Assembly: GCA_963818475.1 (NCBI GenBank)
Contig: CAWFSF010000006.1
Coordinates: 1,344,001 to 1,408,000, forward strand
DNA from: Nitrospirota bacterium
GTDB lineage: Bacteria > Nitrospirota > UBA9217
Length of the DNA: 64,000 nt
Reading direction: 5' to 3'
A model generated the notes under the pieces. It searched no databases. It saw only the letters and a program-made list of their open reading frames with translations, and was not told where the DNA came from. The position numbers were made by a program, and so were the translations under genes. Each line of letters starts with the position of its first letter. Positions within the stretch are counted from its first letter, which is position 1. Positions 38,472-48,323 of the stretch are shown one piece after another.

Positions 38472-38746
38472 TGCTGCCTCCTTTTCAAGATTCCTTTTAA
38501 ATGGAGAATGTTGAAGAGAGATTGACCTCCCTTCACCTCCGCTCCTCAATACATCATAACAACCGGATAAATCAATGATCCGGCTTTTCCCCTCCTTTCG
38601 ATTGTTCAGCGGGTTATACGCTCTCTGGATGTATTATTGGTGACCCTGCCGAAGAGTTTGTTTTACGTTGTCGTTTGATTTATTACAATAACAGGAAGGT
38701 AAATTCTCCCGAGTAACCGGGGGATGAAATCGCGCTGTTTAACATC

Positions 38747-39373
38747 TCATAGCTGTATTCCGTTTCGTAAGGATTCGCGACAGGCATGGACTTGACGCGA
38801 ATCGCCCGTACTGGAGCTGTCTTTTTCTCGTAAATGGAGCGTGTCCCGCGACGACTCCGCCTGCAAATGAGGACCGGCGTCCTCCCTTCCGTAGCGCAAC
38901 CGCTCGCGTTCTTCTTCTTCTATCTGCAAAAGCAGCCCTTCTGCTGCTTTCTCTATCATTTCCATGACCTTTTCAGGAAGGCCCTCTCCGTTCGCGCAAT
39001 CGAATTTCATTTTTTTATACTCGGGGTCGGTTAATTTATTTTTCAATTCTCTCGCTTTTTCCTGTATTTTCCCGGAATGATCGCTTTCTCTCCATCTGAT
39101 AAGCGCTTCTTTTTCCGTTAACCAGTTTTCTATTACCGGCAATAGACAGACCCAGTGGATCCCGTAGGAAAGCTTGACCATGAGCGCCCTGACTTTTTCA
39201 TGCCGAATATACGCGCGCATACTTTTTGAGTTCGAGACCATCTTCTTTCTGATACGCACAAGGATTTCCTCGTCGGACTTTCCCTGCTGCATGAGTTCTC
39301 TCATGGAGGAAATGTCCTGTTTATGCAGCGATTCTGCCATTATTCTTTCGGTCAGCCACACGGCACTTTTCAT
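38747..39373 (-). CDS. hypothetical protein
   Basis: 208-aa charged helical ORF with GAGGAGG RBS. Confidence 0.55.
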   Translation of the reverse strand: MKSAVWLTERIMAESLHKQDISSMRELMQQGKSDEEILVRIRKKMVSNSKSMRAYIRHEKVRALMVKLSYGIHWVCLLPVIENWLTEKEALIRWRESDHSGKIQEKARELKNKLTDPEYKKMKFDCANGEGLPEKVMEMIEKAAEGLLLQIEEEERERLRYGREDAGPHLQAESSRDTLHLREKDSSSTGDSRQVHACRESLRNGIQL

Positions 39374-39458
39374 GACACCTCCTCATCGCGATCTCGCTTA
39401 GATGTCTTGATTCCCGAGATTGCCTTCTTATACGTCGAGCGAGCCAGGCGAAGCCGTA

Positions 39459-40796
39459 TTATAAAAAACACTGATATTGCCACGTAAACCGGTAGCTAGG
39501 CAATCCATCCGAATCAAGCAGCGTGTATGCATCAACTGCCGTAATATCGTGATAAGCAATAGCATCAGGAGCGTCTGCGCCAAGTCCTGAAGAGGGTTTG
39601 TTCCGATTCGTAAAAAGCATATGACTCACGAAGTAAGGGGGCGTGTCCCGATCTACATTAACGGAGGCCCCAGACTCGTCCATGTGCAAAGCCGCCCATT
39701 CCTCCTGGATAGTTGCCACAGGAACGACGCCGTCCCGTTCGTGGACAAAACCGTAATAGCTGCCCGCCCCTGTCAAGCCCGGCGCCGTCACCCATGCTGC
39801 GACCGTATTCTCCGGGGATCGCTTATCAGCCGGCGAAGCAAAGAAGCAAGCGCGGTCTACCAGTTGCTGCTTTGCGATATAAGCCGCTTCACCTCCGCCG
39901 TTTGAATGGCCGGAAAGACGGATGCTGCTCCATTGCAGCATTCCCGTATCATTCAGATATTGTCCCCAGGCCTCCTGGCTATTGCGCCGGGACAGATATT
40001 GCAATGCCCTGATGAGACGGTTCTCGATAGCGTCGGCTGCATCGACAGAAACCGATCCGGAGACATTTTTGCCGTTAAATATCTCTTCACGAATTTTTCC
40101 ATGGCAATCCGGATCGGCTGAACCCTGGCAGAGAACGTCCAAGGCGATACCGTTCCTGTATGCCAACCCGATCACGTGAAAACCGTTATTAGCCGCAGCT
40201 TGCAGGAGCAGACGGTAATAGCCTGGAGCGGCTTTCGTGCCCGGAAAAAAAACAAACAGCTTTTGCTTCGGGGAAACAGCGGGATTAAGGTAAGCATAAT
40301 GATTTCCAAAGCCCGGCGAGATCGTGGTATCGGTCATCGTCGGGTCGATGACGTACTCGTTCGGCGCCGGAACCTCAGTATCTTCATACACATGCAGGGT
40401 CGCGGCTGCGGTCGTGGATGCGGGGCCTGTCGCAAGACGCACTGAAAACTCCGCATTATCGTCGCCAGCTGCGGTCATCGGCGTCACATAGGTCGGCAGC
40501 GTCGCGCCGGCGATATCTACTCCGTTTTTTTTCCATTGATACATGATCGGCCCGGAACCTTCGGCGACCACGCTGAAGTTCGCAGTCTGACCGACGATAA
40601 CCGTCTGGCTCGTCGGCGAGACGCTGATGGAAATGACGCTGCCCGGTTGTTCGTTTGTGCCGGTGCGACATCCGGCCTGCGCGATGCTGAGTACGGCAAT
40701 CACAAACAAGAGGCGTACAATCCCGCGAACGCAGTTTCGATTTTTCTCGAATCGCCCGTGCCTCTCAGCACACCTTATGTCACGGTCCTTACTCAA
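39459..40796 (-). CDS. lipoprotein with Ig-like domain plus alpha/beta-hydrolase (BPSS1187-like)
   Basis: Lipobox AGC; YQWKKNG Ig motif; FFPGT; SGHSNGGG. Confidence 0.75.
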   Translation of the reverse strand: MSKDRDIRCAERHGRFEKNRNCVRGIVRLLFVIAVLSIAQAGCRTGTNEQPGSVISISVSPTSQTVIVGQTANFSVVAEGSGPIMYQWKKNGVDIAGATLPTYVTPMTAAGDDNAEFSVRLATGPASTTAAATLHVYEDTEVPAPNEYVIDPTMTDTTISPGFGNHYAYLNPAVSPKQKLFVFFPGTKAAPGYYRLLLQAAANNGFHVIGLAYRNGIALDVLCQGSADPDCHGKIREEIFNGKNVSGSVSVDAADAIENRLIRALQYLSRRNSQEAWGQYLNDTGMLQWSSIRLSGHSNGGGEAAYIAKQQLVDRACFFASPADKRSPENTVAAWVTAPGLTGAGSYYGFVHERDGVVPVATIQEEWAALHMDESGASVNVDRDTPPYFVSHMLFTNRNKPSSGLGADAPDAIAYHDITAVDAYTLLDSDGLPSYRFTWQYQCFL

Positions 40797-40817
40797 GGCA
40801 ATATTTGAATTCCTGTG

Positions 40818-42350
40818 TTATTTCTTCGTTCCTCGATCAGACTGATCTGCCCTTGTTGTTTCAGCCTTCTGGCCGGACAGGGCTATCCGTCTGGCAGCCT
40901 CCGTTACCCACCCGCCGCCCATCGTTTTGTACGTGCTCACCAGCGCCCCAAACAAATCGTTCTGGGTCCGAACATTGCTGACCTGAGAATCAAACAGGCT
41001 TCTTTCCGCATCCAGCACCTCGATGTAGCTTACGTATTTTGCATCGTAGCGGTTATGGGCCAACGAGGTGTACTCTTTGAGTGCGACGACGCGACGGTCC
41101 TGGACGGTGAGCAATTCACGCATTTTTTGTACGCTGACCAGGGAGTCGTTCACTTCTTTGAATGCCGTTTGTATCGTGCCCAGATACGCATTCAGCAATT
41201 GCTGCTGCTGTGCCTCAGCCGTGCGGACCTCGCCGGAGATGCGTCCGCCCGTAAAAAGAGGACCTGCGGCCCCGGCGCCCACCGTCCAGAAGGCCGAGTC
41301 TGCATCAAACAGGTGGGAGAGCGACGTGCTCGCGAAGCCGAACAATCCGGTCAGCGATATGGTCGGGAAATACTGTGTTCTGGCCACTCCGATTCTCGCG
41401 TTTGCCGCGATCAGATTCTGTTCGCTCTGGCGGATATCGGGACGGCGCAAAAGAACGTCAGACGGGATCCCCTGCGGAATTGCCGGAAAGACCAGTGCAT
41501 CCAGCGTTTTGCCGCGTTTGATCGCTCCCGGATTTCGTCCCAGCAGCACGGACAGGGCATTTTCCTCCAGGACGATTCTGCGTTCGATATCCGGAATGCT
41601 TTCCGCCACTTGCTCATATGCCGACCTGACCTGGGCGAGTTCCATGCCGGAAATCTGGCCGCCTGCGAACTTTCTCTGAAACAAGTCCAGGAATTCCTGG
41701 CGCGAGGCGAGCGTCTCTTTCGCGATCTCCAGGAGTTTGTCGAGGCTTAACAGGGTAATGTAACTGTCGGCAACGTCCGAGACCAGCGTTAGAATAACAG
41801 CCTGACGGGCTTCTTCCGCAGACAACAGATCCGCCCGCGCGGCCTCGCTCGCTCTTTTTATGCGCCCCCAAAGATCGAGTTCCCAGCCCGCGCTGCCGGC
41901 GACGCGATCGATGGTATTGCGACGATCGACGCCCGGAAGGGGGATCGGCAGGTTGAGGCTCCTGCTTTCGCGCACCGCCCCAGCCTGGTAACCGACCTGC
42001 GGAAAGTAGCCGGATCGAATGGACTCCAGGCGGCCGCCGAACTCCTCGACACGCGCTGCAGCGATGCGCACGTCCTTATTCTCATTGAGCGCTGTTTGGA
42101 TCAGCTCGTTCAGGACCGGGTCCTGGAATTGTTCCCACCAGGCCGTATTCGCAGTGTCAGCGGCGATTTGGGGCTCAAACCGCCAGGCCGGCGGGACGTC
42201 CGCCCCGGGCCGCACGTAATCCTTCGTCAGGGCGCAGCCCGCGAGAAGACCTGCCGCCAAAAAGACTGACAGCAGCAGGAAGCGCTGGTTTGATCGAATT
42301 TGAGATACCGTATGGCCATTCTCATGCTTTATAATTCCGCTGTTCATCAT
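40818..42350 (-). CDS. outer-membrane efflux lipoprotein (NodT/OprM/TolC family)
   Basis: LLAGC; WWEQFQDP.LNELI; WELDLWGR; LLRRPDI; YKTMGGGW. Confidence 0.92.
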   Translation of the reverse strand: MMNSGIIKHENGHTVSQIRSNQRFLLLSVFLAAGLLAGCALTKDYVRPGADVPPAWRFEPQIAADTANTAWWEQFQDPVLNELIQTALNENKDVRIAAARVEEFGGRLESIRSGYFPQVGYQAGAVRESRSLNLPIPLPGVDRRNTIDRVAGSAGWELDLWGRIKRASEAARADLLSAEEARQAVILTLVSDVADSYITLLSLDKLLEIAKETLASRQEFLDLFQRKFAGGQISGMELAQVRSAYEQVAESIPDIERRIVLEENALSVLLGRNPGAIKRGKTLDALVFPAIPQGIPSDVLLRRPDIRQSEQNLIAANARIGVARTQYFPTISLTGLFGFASTSLSHLFDADSAFWTVGAGAAGPLFTGGRISGEVRTAEAQQQQLLNAYLGTIQTAFKEVNDSLVSVQKMRELLTVQDRRVVALKEYTSLAHNRYDAKYVSYIEVLDAERSLFDSQVSNVRTQNDLFGALVSTYKTMGGGWVTEAARRIALSGQKAETTRADQSDRGTKK

Positions 42351-42417
42351 GATTTCCCTGCCTTCTCGATATTGAAATTTATTTTTACCACTTCACCGGT
42401 AAATCACCCCACACCGC

Positions 42418-43398
42418 TCACGGTTTGTGAAATTGTTTCGCGAAATCCCAGGCAAGTTTACTCGCCGAGATATATCGGCCATCTGAAGCTTTATTATTTC
42501 GTCCATGGCCCCCGGCCCAGGCATGGCCTCCGCCTTTAATTACATACAGGGAGACAGGCGCGCCGTCCTTGCAGTCGTAAGAGGTTGCCTGGACGCCGTC
42601 GTTCAGCATTTTCTGCTCAGGCGACGCGCATTGACGCGGCCTGGTAATGAGCTCCATCGTGTCAGGCACTGATCGGTGCGCAACGTTTGCGAGGCTGTCA
42701 TTGCCCATCCCGCCGGCGAACGGCACGTTTTCGTCGCGGTCTCCGTGAATGTGCAGCACGGGAACATCCTTCGCGCGGTCGCAGTTATCGACGGCGAGGG
42801 TGCCGGACACCGGAATAATGGCGGCTATTTTTTCCGGAATTTCGCATGCAAGACGATAGGCCATCATCGCGCCGTTCGACATTCCGGTAACATAGACGCG
42901 CCGCGTGTCGATTGAGTATCTGGCATGGATATCGTCTATCATTTTATCGATGAACAAAACATCATCGACCTCCTGCTTCACTGCCTGTCCGCAGCAGCGG
43001 CCTGCATTCCAGGTCCTCCGGTTGTGCAGAGCTTTACTGCGGCCTCCGGTCCCCTCCGGATATGCCGTAATAAACCTGCCGGAGTCCGCGATATCGTCCA
43101 TGCCGGTCATTTTTCTCATGTACGCGGCGTTACCGAGGCCGCCATGCAGAACGATCATCAGGGGCTGTCCTTTTTCGACCGCAGTCGACGGCTGGTAAAC
43201 AAGATAGCTTCGTACGGCGCCGTTCACGGTCAGCTCATGGACCATAGCTTTCCCTTTCCCTTCGGCGGCGCCATGGGCAGCCGGAACAAGGAACAAGATC
43301 GAGAACAATGCGATGATCCGAAACAAGAGACACATACCTGCATTCACCTCTCCGTAAACGACGCGCGTGTCCGGGAAAGCACGGACAGCGGCAATCAC
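42418..43398 (-). CDS. secreted esterase, PHB-depolymerase/LpqC-like
   Basis: IVLHGG, WNAG.CC, DDVLFI, TGMSNGAMM, HIHGDRD, GGGHAW; true start may be downstream. Confidence 0.85.
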   Translation of the reverse strand: MIAAVRAFPDTRVVYGEVNAGMCLLFRIIALFSILFLVPAAHGAAEGKGKAMVHELTVNGAVRSYLVYQPSTAVEKGQPLMIVLHGGLGNAAYMRKMTGMDDIADSGRFITAYPEGTGGRSKALHNRRTWNAGRCCGQAVKQEVDDVLFIDKMIDDIHARYSIDTRRVYVTGMSNGAMMAYRLACEIPEKIAAIIPVSGTLAVDNCDRAKDVPVLHIHGDRDENVPFAGGMGNDSLANVAHRSVPDTMELITRPRQCASPEQKMLNDGVQATSYDCKDGAPVSLYVIKGGGHAWAGGHGRNNKASDGRYISASKLAWDFAKQFHKP

Positions 43399-44312
43399 GC
43401 GTTTCCGACATCCCGGCCCAGCTGCTCAAGCACGACCTCTTCAACTTCCTTGAGCGAGGCGAGAGAATTGTGCAGTTCCGAAGAGATTGCGTCCAGCCAT
43501 TTGATTTTTACTTCTGTTTTCTCCCGCTCGGCGATGATCTCTTCGAGGGGCGGAAGGACTGCCGGTTTTCCGTTCTGATCAAAAAGGAATTTTATTGATT
43601 CGCCGAGTTGCAGGACGCCGTTGATATGATTCATATGCCCCAGGATGAACCTTTTACGCTTGTTTGACTTGAAATTTCTGATCGCGGCTTCACGCAGGGC
43701 GGCTTCGACGGGGCTGAGCCCCTCCGGCGCTACGGTTACGTGCGGTTCGATCTGGTCCGGGCCGATCTTGTCCCGGTCTCCCATGTCCGAATAATAATCG
43801 GCAATGACCTTTCCCTGGTCACCGCGCACCAGCAGCCCCCATTCGATATCGTTTCTGTGTTCTTTCATGTCCGATTTGAAATCTTCTCCGGTCCGGTACT
43901 CCTGCAGGAAGCTGTCCCCTTTTCTGGTTCGGATCATGGCCGTCAATTGATACCCGCACTTCGGTGTTTCCCGTGGATGGGCCGCTTCCAGGATCAACCT
44001 GTTCAGCCTCTTGATGGCCTGCTGGTCCTGTTGGCTCAAGTCTTTGAACGAACCCTTTCGTTTCTCCGCAGTTTCATCGCGGAGTCCTTTCATTTCATCG
44101 GTCAATTCGAGAGATCTTTTTTCTGTCGCTACGCGGTCAAAGAATCCTGTCTGTTGCAGTATTTCATTGAGCCACTCGACGGTATTCTCGGGAGCGCTCG
44201 TTGCGCCGAGCTCATATTCTTCATTTTTGACCGTCCGGCAGAGCCAGGGAATGTCTTTGTTCTGATTTTTGAACTGATCGTCCGTAAAGTCTATGGATTT
44301 GCCGTTATTCAT
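43395..44312 (-). CDS. hypothetical protein; N-terminal ~120 aa shared with the HlyD-fusion gene
   Basis: DF..DQFK.QNKDI..LCR..KNE.Y.L...APEN..EWLN...AI.RLNRL.LE....E.PK recurs at ~47380-47710. Confidence 0.7.
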   Translation of the reverse strand: MNNGKSIDFTDDQFKNQNKDIPWLCRTVKNEEYELGATSAPENTVEWLNEILQQTGFFDRVATEKRSLELTDEMKGLRDETAEKRKGSFKDLSQQDQQAIKRLNRLILEAAHPRETPKCGYQLTAMIRTRKGDSFLQEYRTGEDFKSDMKEHRNDIEWGLLVRGDQGKVIADYYSDMGDRDKIGPDQIEPHVTVAPEGLSPVEAALREAAIRNFKSNKRKRFILGHMNHINGVLQLGESIKFLFDQNGKPAVLPPLEEIIAEREKTEVKIKWLDAISSELHNSLASLKEVEEVVLEQLGRDVGNA

Positions 44313-44387
44313 GATTTATCACCTGTACGAATTCCTATGGGTCCGATAGTATCTATAAGACGTATGAGATCTGGTCATTAGTGTTTC

Positions 44388-45288
44388 CTACGCATACCCG
44401 AACTCGCGCGCGAGCTCGATCACTTCCGGCCTCAGCTTTTTTCCGTCCTCCCGCCAGGGAACGTCCCTGTCCAGCTGAGGTAGTGCCGGCGTGTGCTGGT
44501 GAAATGCGGGGCCGCGCAAAAAATTAGGATCATTGCCGCATAATGCGGTAATCGGCCCGAAGCAGGCGAAGGGCGACCGTTCCGGATGCATCATTTCTTC
44601 AATTGCAGCCGCATCGTCGCGAATGCCGAGCCAGCGGCAGATGTTCGCCAAATGCCTTCGCGGCTGTTCCATGAGCTCCTCACCCAATATGCACATTTGC
44701 TGGTTTTTCGGCACTCCATGGAGAAAATTCAGAATGTTGATATTTATATCGTGCCAGGCGATTTGCGGATCGACAACGACACGATCGTTCATAAAATCGA
44801 ACGAACTCATTAAATAAGCAAAGACGCCGTAATTCAACGCCATGACCGACTTGCCCTGTGGAATGGGATGACGTATCAGATGAATGAAACGGGCCTCCGG
44901 AAATGCATCGTATATCCGCCTCATCCTTCCCAGGGACAGCGTATACGCGGGGCTTTTTTCAACGACAATGAGGGGGTCTACTCTGGCTGCCAGTTCCTGG
45001 AACACCTCTCCGGTCGTCTTTTCTTCCCGCGCGGCGGCCCAATGTTCGGCCATCGCAATGGTTGCGGATGTCTGCTCTCCCGCATAGATCTGGGCCACGG
45101 CCCTGAGCAATCCATGACGAACGCCCGGTATCTCCATCGAGCCGCTCGCCCCAGAACTCACCGATCGTTTCGACGTTGAACAAGTTCAACTCGGGCATGC
45201 CGAACGCCTGTGGGTGCTGGCCGATCATGGCATTGATCACCGATGTATAGGACCTCGGCGGAGCAAGTAAAAAGAGTGGTGCAGACAT
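44388..45288 (-). CDS. sulfotransferase family protein (frameshift near 45140)
   Basis: LLAPPRSYTSV..AMIGQHP...PEL in 44959-45288; VEKSP and IHLIRHP in 44388-45161. Confidence 0.8.
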
Positions 45289-45415
45289 AGTTGATCGCCT
45301 CGCAAAAGATGTGATTTAGGGTGAATCGAGTGTAACTGACCAAGCCGGGGGACGCTTGCCAGGGCCGGGAGAATTTACCTTGATCCGTAACCCTGGCCCC
45401 CGAACTCTGGACCTC

Positions 45416-48244
45416 CTAGGGCAGCCAGGACCATACTTCCACCTCGAAGAACCGCACGAGCGCCTTCGTCAACACCTTGGCGATCGGCATGTTGTCGGCG
45501 CTGATTTTGGCGTACCCCGTCATCCCTGATTTTAAAAGATCGTCCTTATTGTCCAGCACCGTAAGGACCTTGACGACCTTCCCGGAGTCCTTCTCGGTCA
45601 CGCCTGCGTCAATTGCCATTACCATGCCGTTAAAGTCGGTATCTGAGTACGAGAGGGGCCGGACCCTTATATTTGAAGATTTTTTAATATAACCGATGTC
45701 AGGCTGAGGTACTTCGATCTCCGCGAACACCTGGGAGGTATTCTGCGCCACGGCGAATAATTCCCCCTTATTCAGGTAATGACCCACTTTTTGCCTCAGG
45801 TTGACGCCTTCCAGACGCCCGTCGAACGGCATGGTTATCATCGACTGGTTTATTTTCTCCTGGTAGTAGTCACGCTCTTCCCGGTAGCTTTGCAGCTTGG
45901 CCTCGGCCGCGGCTATTTCCTGCTTGGTCACTTCCGCTTTGACCAGTTCGAGTTTGGCGCGGTACTCCTTGATCTGCGCAGCGTCGACCTCGAATTCCTT
46001 GCGCTGGTCTTCGAACTCTTCCAGTGAAATAGTATTTTCTTTATACAGCGTTTCGAGGCGGTTTATCTTTTGGCCGCTGAAGTATCCCCGTTGTTCCTGC
46101 ACCTGCAGTGCCCGCCGAGCCAGTTGAAGCTCCTCAGGCTTAGGCCTTGCTCTCAGGTCTTCCACGATCGCCTGTTGCTCATTCACCTTTGCGACGTAAA
46201 TTTTCATCTGTCCCTGGTAATCAACGCTGGAGAGCTCCGCAACCACCGTGCCCTTTGTTATGAATTCTCCGCCGTCGAAGTGGACTTTGCTAATAATGGC
46301 CGAGTTTTCCGTGGTAAGTTCGGACTTCTGGTTCGGCAGGAGAACAAACGTTCCGCCTGGTTCATAATGATAGGGCACAAACAGTCCGGCCGCTATGGTA
46401 CCGACGATGAGCCATTGCACCGGGGTCATCGGCGAACTTTTGCTTTCGGTCTCGGCGGACAGCGTCTCAACATTCGGAAGCGCACGGTTCTTCCACCGGT
46501 CAAACTGCGCCGTCCGCTCATAAGCGGCCGCCACCTGCTTGATCTTTGCGGTCAGGCGAAGCAGCAGCGTCATAAGGACGAGCACGACCAGGAATATGCC
46601 GGCTCCGCCGAGGTGCAATTTCAGCAAATTACCGAAAAACAGGATGAATACGGCGAGTGTCGCCATAATGAACAGGGAAGACGCCAGCGCATAGACAGCA
46701 AGGACGTTGTTATCCGCTTTTCGGTAAACATCGCCGCGCAATTTGTTCACGAGCGCCAGGTACGCCTTCTGCCGAAGCTGCGGTTCATTCAGGACGGCCC
46801 CTAACAACTGAGAACCACTGCTTTTCATCAGGGGGTTTGCAGCCAATAGGAGGGATGCCGCGCCGAGAATGCCCACCATCAACGCAAGCTGCGGCAGGAA
46901 ACCGTTCATGGTCCTTGTGCCGAACCAGATCAGAAGACAGACCGATGCAATACCGACGCGGGCCAGAAGAGGAGCGGCATACAGCCATATACATTCGCGC
47001 CGTGACAGCTGCTTCGTGTGGCCTATTCGCACCATAAAACGGGGGAAAAACCCGAAAAGCAGCATGACGCCGAAGGAATTCACCGTTGCACGGTAGGAAT
47101 ATGCCGTTAATGCCGTCACCAGCACCGCAAACAGATTAACCGTGAACATACTGGTAACGACATGCGCTGCAGAGGTCCACCCCATACGGCTGAAATCCTG
47201 CCCGATAAGGTTCGCGTGGTGAATACCGGTGAAAAGGGCAGCAAGTGCCAGGGCGGGAATCATGTATGCCGCATATTTAAGCTGCGACAGATACGGGTGG
47301 ATGAGCTTTAATGCCCGTGCCGGATTGAATATTTCCCACGAAATAAGGTCAGACTGATCGGCATCGTCGAGATTCCGCCCTTCGGAGCTTCTTTATAGAG
47401 AAGTTCGAGGAGCAATCTGTTCATCCTTCTTATGGCATTCTGTTCTTCGATCTTCAGGTCTTTGAGCACTGCCTTGCGGTTCTTTTCTGTTTGTTCTTTT
47501 AATTTCTTTATTTCGTCCGTTAACACGAGCTTTGCCCGCTTGGCCGCCGCTTGATCCAGCAGATCGGGCGTTTGGAGCACTCCATTGAGCCAGTCAATCG
47601 AATTTTCGGGTGCTTGTATCGAGAGCTGATAGTCCTTCATTTTTTATCGCCCGGCAGAGCTTCTGAATATCCTTATTCTGTTCCTTGAATTCATCAGCAT
47701 TAAAATCTGAAGTATTGAAAACGACCGTAAGGGTCGAAACTCCGGATGTCTGCATTTCTTTCTCGCCGGCGGCGTGGACCGCTTCCGGTACAGGCGACGC
47801 GTGCCCCCCTTGCCGTTACCATTGCCGTTTCCGTTGCCGTTCCCCCCATTGCCGTGGGTTTTGGCGGTTGCCGCCTGGGATGACACGCGCCTGCTGGACA
47901 AGCTGAATCCCCTTCTTTTTATAGAACGCGGCCACCAGGGGGTGCGCATCCGCCGAAGAACCGAACAGCTTTATCTCCTCAACCAGCGAGAACAGTTCTT
48001 CGACTTCTTCGTTCGTTATGGACCGTCCGAAGCGGTCCTCGAAAATCGAGGCAAGTTTCGGGAAGTCGTTGCATACCGGCAACACTTCCAGAACAAAAAA
48101 TTGCCAGGTCTCGAACTGATAGGTCAGGCCTTTCCAGTTGTCCCTCACCCGGTATCTCTGCTGGTCGCCCTCCGTTTCACGAAATGCCACCAGACCCTGC
48201 CGCAGCAATGCGGGAAGCGCCACTCTCTGAGGCTCCTGTATCAT
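45416..48244 (-). CDS. membrane protein fused to an HlyD-type periplasmic adaptor (several frameshifts)
   Basis: N-terminal PqqD-like piece (47816-48244), GN linker, shared domain, WEIFNP, multi-TM region with ANPL, then barrel-sandwich/coiled coil and LLKSGMTG.AKI. Confidence 0.7.
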
Positions 48245-48323
48245 TTTGTAAACCTCCTTTTTTTTAAATCTGTCGTATAAGACTTATATGTCGAAGGGGA
48301 CTCACCGGTCATCAAACCATTCT

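Noticed and set aside
38480-38740. Riboswitch upstream of the propeller genes
   Set aside because: Only a small hairpin (CCGGAT..ATCCGG); no aptamer consensus I can recognise
18278-43398. Calling the hydrolases PETases or PHB depolymerases
   Set aside because: Only fold-level motifs are visible; substrate cannot be inferred from them
47812-47856. GN-encoding repeat as a functional DNA repeat
   Set aside because: Synonymous codon variation indicates a low-complexity protein linker
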